Below, piece by piece: positions 55,232 through 64,000 of a DNA stretch of 64,000 bases. The DNA lies in NCBI GenBank assembly GCA_008632985.1, contig QPGO01000031.1, positions 62,001 through 126,000 of the forward strand. Direction: 5' to 3'. Position 1 is the first letter of the stretch. Every line of letters begins with the position of its first letter. The position numbers and the translations under genes were made by a program. Origin of the DNA: Psammoneis japonica (lineage: Eukaryota). The notes beneath the pieces were generated by a model. It saw only the letters and a program-made list of their open reading frames with translations. It had not been told where the DNA came from and made no database searches.

Positions 55232-58200
55232 ATGGTTCGATCGACGTTTCTCGGAGTACAACCTTCTCAGTTCGAGGTGAGGAAGAACGCTTACAGCTCG
55301 CCGCAGGGGTTTTCAAAGGGCATAACAGACCACCCGTTAGTGACACCGGAGTCTCCTTCGAGACCTGAAAAGGACACAAATGCCTCCACCTCGACAGCTG
55401 CCACGTCCTCGACGTATGGGAATAACGAACAGAGACCGCAAGAAGCCGATTCAGAAATTGCACCTGTTTCGGCTGCCAATCACTTGAGTGTATCGAGAGA
55501 CGGTCCCGATGTTACCATTACGAAACTGCGAGAAATGTTGGACGAATCTCAAAACGCGATGCTACGGCCAAAAGTGCTCTCGCCAAGTCAGATGCGGTGA
55601 TTCTTGAGTTGCGGTCATCCATCCGGCAGCTCAAGCGGGAGTTGGAGCGGGTTCAAAGCGAAAACGTTAGTCTGCAGGAACAACCCTCTCACGAATCGGC
55701 GCTCTTGGAACGATCGCAAGAAAAGCACGCGTCAGAGATACAATCCCTTCGGTCTCAGCTGGAAGAAAAAAACAGCAGTGATAAAAGCCGAGATGAATAC
55801 GTGGGGGAATTGCAAGTGCAGCTGGACCGTGCTCACGCGCAGATTCTTACGGCAGACATGGTTCGAAAGGAGTTGGAGGATACACTCGAGGCGGAGCAGT
55901 ACACGTGGGAGCTGCGAGTACAAGATCAAGATCGAACCATTACTGCGCTTCAGCAAGAGTGCCAGACCATGCAACAGGATTTGTCGCAATGTCGCAATCA
56001 ATGGTCTGAGGCAGAAGAAGGCTGGAACAAGCAGTTGGAGGACTTACAGAACGAACTAGAGTTAACAAAGCAGGAGCTGAACAATGTGCATGGTCCTTCC
56101 GATGAGTTGGAGCAAATGAAGACGACCGTGGCCACTTTGGAGCAGGACCGCAGCGAATTGCAAACGTGTTTGGATGAGGCCATGAAAGAGTTAGAAGCCG
56201 TCGATGCCGAGATTCAGGCCGCACAGGTATGGCAGAGTGAACGTGACGAGCTCATGGCAGAAAATCGACGTCTCCAAGGTATGCTCGACAGTGGCGAAGG
56301 TGGGAACATGTCTGAATCGTCGGTGAAGTCGCTGAAAGAGTTGGTTGAATGGCTTCAAGAACGACCTGTGCGGGATGAAGAGACCAAGAAGGAACTGCCT
56401 GCGAATGGCAACGATGCCGAGTCCATGATTGCGTTTGTTAAGGACCATGTCGATGCTCTTCATGCTGAGCTTGAGTCTGCCAAGGTCGGTTCTGATCTAG
56501 GGGATGCTCGTGACAAGGTTACTGAGCTCGAAGCGCAGATTTCTGTCTACAGGGGTGATCTGAAAGCGCGAGAGGAAAGTAGCGCTGAGCTTCGAACTTC
56601 GCTCAAGGAAGCAGTGGCACTGTTAAAGCCATTACAAGAAGTTGTAGACAGGACCGAGCAAGAGAAAGAGGAGTTGACTAAAGAACTCGAACACTTGCAA
56701 AAGGCAATCGAAGAAGGAAAAGAGAACCAAACACTACGAAAAGAGCTTGAAGATACCAAGGAGCAGCTTGAGAAGAAGGAAGAAGAGATCAAGCGCCTCA
56801 AGGCTGACGAAGTCGATTTGCGGAAGGATCTCGAAGAGAAAAAGAGGCAGGCAGCTGCTGCTGGAGTTGGGAAGGGCATTGCAACCGTTGCGGCTCGCTC
56901 CGTTAACTCCCCAAGCGGAGAAGTTACGGGAGAGCAGTATGACGTCGAGACCAATGCAAAACTGGAAAAGGCACGTCAAGAAATTCGAGCGAAGCGAGCC
57001 TCCGAACGTGCTCTCAAGAAGATGTTATTGAACGCACAGAGTACCTTCAGCAGGCTCAACCAAGAAAACAAGGAGGTTTCCGACCAGAACTACCTGCTTC
57101 ACGAAAAGCTGACCGAAACCGAAAAACGACTTGTCGAAAGGTCGTTTGACGCCAGCGCCTCCCAAGCTTCACATGCATCGCAAGACACATTTGAAAGATT
57201 GGAGAATACCGTCAAAGACTACTCCGATCAACTGGAGGCTAAAAATAAAGAAATTGCCCAGATATCCCAAGAGCTACAGCAACTTCGCGAGGAGGCTGAA
57301 GTCAAGGAAGCAGAAGAGCGGTGGGACCAGGCGCACCGGGTTGGAGAGCTGGAAGCAGAACTGGTACAGTCCAAGGCTGATCTGAAGTCTCGGAAGGAAG
57401 CCGAAAAAGTTCTGAGCACGAGCTTGAAGGAGGCCCTGGGTCTTCTCCGACCGATGCAGAAACACCTTGAAACTGCTGAACGAGAGAAGAAGAAGCTCAA
57501 TAAGGAGCTCAAGGCATGCCGTACTCGCCTGGCAAGTCTTGAGGACGGAGATGGACCGTCTCCTGCTGACACATCGTCAAATCTCTCCCGTTCCTTACAG
57601 CTTCCTCAAGATATGCAAAAAGCAAACCAAGAGTTAGAAAATTTGGTAGAACAGCTAGAAGAGGAAAACGCAACACTGCAGGAGACGTTGGCAGATCTCT
57701 CTATCAACAAATCCAGGAGTATCGAGGAGCCTGCACAGCTTGATAGTCAGTCACCGTCTAAGTCGAAGGAGGACTTTGTGGAGTTGGAGAGCCGGTATGA
57801 AGTGACAAGGCAAAAGCTTGAAGATGCAAACGCACAAAAGGGGGATTTATTGCATAAGCTTGATCAGAAAGAGGAAGAGGAAAGGCGAATGGCGGAAGAA
57901 ATGGAGAGGCTTCGCGAACAGCTCGAACAGACAAACGAGGAGCTTGAGAACGCCAAGTACATCGCAACATCAGCGCTCGTCAAAGTGGAAGAAATGACAA
58001 TGGAAGCAGTGGAGAAAGAAATGACCGACTTATCTGGGGGTCAACTTGGCATGGAGATTGTTGAGAAGGAGATAATGGACATGACAAGAAACAAGCATAT
58101 GGTCGAAGAGTCAGAGGAGGTGCGAAAATTGAGGCTGCAGGTGGAAGCTCTGGAGCGTGAAGTTGCACAAACGAGACGAGATAGTGCCATTTCAGAGCAG

Positions 58201-58428
58201 TCCATAGTGAGACAAAGAGATCGAAGCTCCAGAATAGCGACCGATCAACGACATCGAACGCTACAGACAACGTCGAATGACGATGATTGGTTCAAAAGTG
58301 GGGAAGATGACTGGGCCCCACTTTCGGGGCGAAGGCAACTTACATATTGGGGGAAGTTTATGGGATACGTGTTCATGATACATATTATAATATCTCGCCG
58401 CCAGTTTGTCAAAACTAGGTGCACTTGA
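55232..58428 (+). CDS. about 1,060-aa long coiled-coil protein; apparent -1 frameshift at about 55550
   Basis: Glu/Lys/Leu heptad-rich ORF with a repeated SLKEAxxLLxP motif. One extra A in caaaac joins ESQ to KRDATAKSALAKSDAVILELRSS. Confidence 0.85.
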
Positions 58429-58498
58429 ATCAACAGAATTGGTGCAGGTGTAGCTACATTTTAACGCTTCTAGTAGAATACCTGAATGGCGGGGTAAG

Positions 58499-61400
58499 TT
58501 AGCTTTCTTGACGGCTGTCGCTCGGAATGACGTCGTCTGCCTTCAACAAATCTTGAACCATTTCGTCTTCTTCCAAACCCATGCTATCCAGAGAAGACGG
58601 ATCACGTAACGAATTGTCATTTGCATCGACCGATTCTCCAATTTCTGGGAAAGAGCCGCAACACCATCCGGTACCTTCCGCCATTTCCTATTTTGGATTC
58701 TCTTCCCCCACGCGCTTGAGAAAGATGGTGACGGCGACGTCGCGTCGCTGTTAAACAAAGCGGCGGCTCGCTTATTTAGCTCTGAAAGACCTTCCAAATT
58801 GAATAAACGAGCCTCAAGCTCGGCAAGAGAATGATACAGCGGTGCATGAAGAGGATTGACCTCCAGCCCTTTCTCGTAAATTTCACGAGCCTGATAAAGA
58901 GAAAAAGAATCGTCAGGATGTGCGATACGTTACGTTGAATGAGTGCACCGCAATACAACTTACATCTTGGTATTTGCCAGTTTTAACAAGGTATTCCCCT
59001 AATGCACAATACAGTTGAGCGTCATTTGGAGAACACTCGATGCCTCGACGAAGGAGAAGCCCGACAAGTCCATCGTTCCCTTGCAGTTCTTCAATATGAG
59101 CAGCTATTAACCACCCCGAACCCAGTGTTTTGTCTCGCGTGAGGGCCTCGGAAATCAATTTCTTTGCAGTCACATAGTTTCCAGTTTGCATTTCGAGAGA
59201 TGCCCAGCCCTGTAACAATGGCGCTAGGTTGCTGCGGCATTTCTTCAATCCGGCTGCGAACAGACTATTGACAAGGGATGAGAGAAAGGGGGGTCAGAAC
59301 ATGTTGGTGGTACAAGCGACAAAAGGAATGAGCAACTCACGCTCTCGCAGTCTCCTTATTTCCCATCCGCCCTTCCATCGTTGCTTCACAAGAATAGAGT
59401 AAACGAAAAGACAAGCATTAAAACGGGTTTCTGTTTGAACATGTCCATTGCACTCGGCACTCACCGTAAGCATTCCACAAGGCACTGTGTCTTGGGGTAC
59501 TACGAATCCCCGAGTCAAATAACTGCCTCGCGGTCCTAATGTTACCAGCTCGCAATTCCATAACACCCCAAGCTTGCCATGCTTGCGCATGCTTCTTATC
59601 TGCATTCACTGCCCGTTCGAATAAGAGGCGAGCTGAATCTTCTTTTCCGAGCTTCACTTCACACAAGGCTGCGCCAAGGAGAAGTTGTGAAGAATTACCA
59701 TGCCTTGCAATTCCGTCTTGAAACACTGCCATTGCGTCGGTGGCTCGATTACTGTTCAGCTCCAGCATACCTAGAGTATGGGCGAGAAATACGGCACGTC
59801 CACGTTGGGCTGAATCCATGCCGGTGTCCTTAATCTCTGCTTCCCGAAGTCCTTTGACGAGAACTTCCCGTGCTCTCTCCACTTCACCCACGGACAACTC
59901 CAGCTTTGCCAAACCATGATATACAGAAGCAGCATCTGTGCAGTGCGCGTGTAGACCACGTTCGTGAATCTCCCGAGCTTTCTCAATATTTCCCCGTCTT
60001 AGCTCCATATTTCCGTAGGCGTTGTAGGCAGGGCCGTGCCTGGGATCCAACAGCAGAGCTTCCTCAAACAAGCGCTCTACCTTTGTGTAGTTGGCGGGTT
60101 TGGTCTCAGGATGACGTAACTCCAACATTGCAATCGCAACAAGAGCAGGAGCACATGGTTCAACGAGCAGACTGGCGCTGTACAGATCACGTGCACCTGT
60201 GAAATTTCCAACTCGTTCTTCCACTTTTCCCGCTGCTTGAAAAAGCTGAAAGAGAGGAAACGCAAATGATAGCGATGGGGAGATTAGTGCATATTACAAA
60301 TTCAACGTAGATTTTCCTTCGCTCCAATGTTTCCTTACCGACTGGTCGTCCGGATGTCGTTGCATTCCCTGAAGTAATATCTTTCTCGCCACCTCGAGAC
60401 GTCCAGATTTCACCTCTAGGTTCGCCCAGGCATTGAAAAGGCGCCCATCCTTGGGACTTGCTGCCTTGCCATTCTCAATACTGATACACGCATTTGCTAA
60501 ATGTCGAACTGCGGCTGCTTTTCCGGATCCATCCTTTCCTCCTTCCATTCGTTGTTCCAGTCTTGCAAGTGCAACGTGTGCTCGGCTGCTCCCCGGGCTT
60601 TCGAGTAAGGCGAGGTTGATGAGCTCCTCCGCACGGTCAAGATTGGAAAAGTGCTTCTCTTCAAGCCATGCTGCAGCTAGATATACTTCTGTTTTCTCTC
60701 GTTCCGAGTTAAGTTGAGCCGCAAAACGATTGTATAAATCTCTGGCTTCAGATTGTTGTTTCGATGCAATCAGCTGTTCTCCAAGCGAACATACGAGCGC
60801 AGCCGTCGGCCGCCGTTCTAGAGCGCTTTTCCATAGTTTCCGAGCATGCTGTTTGATTTTGATATGAAAGGTTGATATCAAGCAAATTGAGTTCCAGTTC
60901 CTTTTACAATTCAATACAGAGTCAATGTTCAGAAAGCACTCACCGCCGCATTTCCCAAGTTTTGTTCCATCAATCCATATGCATGGTTCACGTACGGATT
61001 GAACTTGTCAACTCGAAGTGCTTTTTCAAAGAGCTCCCTTGCATGATCCATATTGTTACAGGACTGTTCGTACAGCGCATAGGCTTGAAGAAGATGTACA
61101 TTGTTGGGACACTCCTGCATTCCTCGTTGAAAGGCTGCTCGTGCTCTGCTAAAGACTTGTGTGCTGTTGTCGTTGTTGTGACGCTTTATCGATGTGTAAT
61201 AGCGATGCGTACGTTCTCGTCTTGCCTCTAGCCGAGCAAGTGCCAAGTGACTATGGGAATCTTGTGGATGCCCGTCTAATATTTTCTCCAGCAACCGTAC
61301 AGCCTCCTTCCACTGCCCGGAACGTTCCAAATTCTTTGCTTTCTTAAACATTTTTCGAATCTCGTCCTTTTCTTTTATCCTGGAATTACGCTTTCCCTTG

Positions 61401-61666
61401 TATTTCTTGTTGGTTCTGCTTTTTCTATTCTCATATTGTGTGGGTTTCAGCGACTCCTTATTGTCGCTTTCTAGCGATGAGGCGGACATGAACAAGTTGG
61501 AGCAGGTTCTTCTCCGGTGTTTGTAATATAACCTTCTTTCTCTCTGGAATGATCCGTTTAGAAAGGGCTTGCGATATAAGCTTCTTACGGCTGTAAATCC
61601 ATTTGAGACATTGCAGAACAGTATCACGATGAATGTCAAAACATTCGTCATTTTATGAGCACGCAT
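58499..61666 (-). CDS. HAT/TPR-repeat protein, HCF107/Mbb1 (psbB/psbH mRNA maturation factor)-like, multi-exon, probably plastid-targeted
   Basis: Many HAT repeats (AWQAWGVMELRAGNIRTARQLF, FNAWANLEVKSG, LQGWASLEMQTGN). Signal peptide ending SNG-F followed by a basic transit-like region. Several GT-AG introns. Confidence 0.85.
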
Positions 61667-62127
61667 GGCGAGTTTTGTTGCGAGAAGTACGTGTAGTGAG
61701 AAACCATAAAGAAATCGTAAGAAACTAGCACAACGGGACGGACTGCCGCACTTGGGTCCTCTTTTTCAAAAGAACGGCTTGGTATTCAGTCGCTTGACAC
61801 ACTTGGGGGGCAACACGAAGAACGAAAGAGGTGGCAACGATGGTGGTTGTTGTTCTTTCGAAACATCACCACAACTCACAACGAACACGGCAATAGACGG
61901 ACATGCAACGAGAAAGTGCGTGCGTCCGTCGGGTGGCTCTGCGGTGTGCGTGCGTGCGTGCGTGCGTGCGGCTTACTTGGAGGGAGCTCATAATTGATGG
62001 TGACGTATGATACTTAGTACTAGTGGTACGAGGATTCCACGTAAGTAGATCCAACGGTGATTTATTACTGGGTTGTTCGTCGTCTGCACATCCATCATTC
62101 TCTCACGAAACATCGAGACGGTCAACC

Positions 62128-62693
62128 ATGGTGCGTATGCGCGTCGCTTGTTTGCGGATTCTTTTTTCGTTGACTGCATTCGGCTTTACCTGAGCGTATT
62201 CAAAAAATATTTGGAAAGGACTGAATAACTTTTCGTTTGAGTAATCTTGAGAGTCGCATGTGATGCTGCATTTTGCATTCGCTTTGTCGGCACGTCGCCG
62301 ACGGCGTAGGATCAGTACTGGCGGCTACGGGTGACTGGCGACTGACGGACTGTTGAGAGCCGACTTTTGATTGCTAGGCCCTAAACCCGAATGTGTGAAG
62401 CATGTTGATTCTCACTTTTCGTGTATTCGTTGTACTCACACCAACCATTCTGTCTCTCTCGTGACTCTATCATTCGATTTTAATCTCTACAGTCAGAAGA
62501 AGAAGTTGTGGATCCTCTTCCCAAGCTGCGAGCGGAATGCATGTCCAAGTGTACGGCGCCCAAGGCGGATTACGATGCTTGTGTAAAGCGGATCGAGGCA
62601 AACAACGAGGGTGATTGTGAGGCGTGGTACTTTGATCTGCTGCACTGTGTGGATAAATGCACCGCACCCCAGGTTTTCAAGTATGTCAAGTAG
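62128..62693 (+). CDS. QCR6: cytochrome b-c1 complex hinge protein; ATG-only exon 62128-62130, intron 62131-62492, exon 62493-62693
   Basis: MSEEEVVDPLPKLRAEC...YDACVKRI...DCEAWYFDLLHCVDKCTAPQVFKYVK. Splice sites ATG|GTGCGT and CTACAG|. Confidence 0.9.
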
Positions 62694-64000
62694 TGAAGAA
62701 AAGCAAATTTTCTTTAAAGATTCCATACTAGACTAAGAAACCACGGCACGCTTCCTTTTTTGCACGCACGATTTGTTTTGAGATGTACTCTAGAGTAGGT
62801 TGGAAAACATTTGTTCTTACTTGTTGTTTCTTTCATTGGGACAAATAATTGCTTTCCAGCATATCCGCCAGTTAACTACGAGTATCAAGTTGCAAAAAGA
62901 GACGGGAGAATCTGAATCGCTACTCTAGAAATAGACTTGCAAACGAACCAAGTTCGCCAACAGAAGCACTCAACAGGTTCAAGGATCAACCAACCACCCT
63001 GAGCTCGGGCTCCCTACTTTCTAAGGTACCAGTACGGCAGAGATTGGATCTGTCATATCTAGAGTAGAGATATGTGAGGTAAACAAAGATCAACAACAGG
63101 AAGCACTGTTGCATGTACGATCTTCTTAGAGAAGACCTAAGGGTAGGCATGGTTCCTCTACTCTCTAGCTAGAGTGGCTAGAGTAGAGAGCATGGCATTT
63201 GCACCTCCTCCGCCTAACTACCGTATTTGCACAGACAAGTTTCCGCCGCAAGCGCAGACAAAAACGGTCACCCAAGATCGACTGACTCACAAAAGCATCG
63301 CACGCGCATGCCAGAAAACGTATCCATCCGCGGTATGGTAAGTGCGGTCATAACGGCGGTATGGAAATCTGATTGGACAAACGACGTCAGCTAAAAACTT
63401 TGTTGTTCACAATAAGTAATGTTGACATCATTATTGCCCCCCCAGCTACTACCGGTACGGTAGCCGCACGCACGCAATCTACCTACAGTACGGTACGTAC
63501 AGTACTGTACACTGTATCAGACGCATCACGTCAAATACTTCTACTGAAGCCGCGCGTACATAGAATTGTTTTTGTGCAAGTCGCCATGGCGGTGTGTGGT
63601 CGTTTTGGACAACTTCTCTCTACTTTATGACTGTAGAAGTAGCATCAATCGATAATATGAAGTAGTTATGATACGTGTCGAGAAGGAAATGGTAACGCTT
63701 TACGTACTTCTTTCCAAAATGGACCTGTTGTATTGAAAGAATTTTTCAGGTCTTTTCTTGCATCGCAGATGGCCATGCATAAGGTCCCTAAACTAGATCT
63801 CTATGACACAGAAACTACCATAGAGAGTAATTTAGATATAGCGGATTGAACGGTGTTATATGTAAGCTAAATGATTTTAGTATAGGTGGACTAAATGGCC
63901 CGAGAAGGACGGTGCAAAACTTTCTACTTGAAAGTTGAAGAAATTATCCCTTAAGAGTGTCGGACTTGCATTGAACAAAAAGAGAAACAACGAACACATA

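Noticed and set aside
62131..62492. Intronic C/D snoRNA in QCR6
   Set aside because: Only a degenerate GTGATGC plus CTGA, with no terminal stem or recognisable guide.

Overview
Eukaryotic nuclear DNA, most likely from a pennate diatom. The evidence is compact genes with short introns, a CoDi-type Ty1/copia element, a CRE-type LINE and diatom-style secreted proteins. The gene-dense parts encode RPL29, a Ca2+-activated apyrase, a 2,000-aa membrane glycoprotein, an MBD protein, a CLC-family channel, a Sel1/HET-like/LRR protein, phytochelatin synthase, a class-3 lipase, two RING-H2 ligases, a coiled-coil protein, an HCF107/Mbb1-like HAT protein and the bc1 hinge protein. There are three transposon-derived blocks (about 3.6-10.9, 30.1-37.0 and 47.4-51.6 kb). 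Two observations stand out. (1) The repeats are strongly depleted of TpA, and conserved Tyr codons are systematically converted to Cys or His. This looks like repeat-targeted TpA->TpG/CpA hypermutation, the reverse direction of fungal RIP, and it also occurs where CpG is retained. (2) A 4,274-bp element with perfect 33-bp Harbinger/PIF-like TIRs and a TTA target-site duplication encodes a tyrosine recombinase instead of a DDE transposase. Several host genes show single-base deletions in homopolymers that are probably long-read assembly errors. All calls come from reading the sequence by eye; no searches were run.
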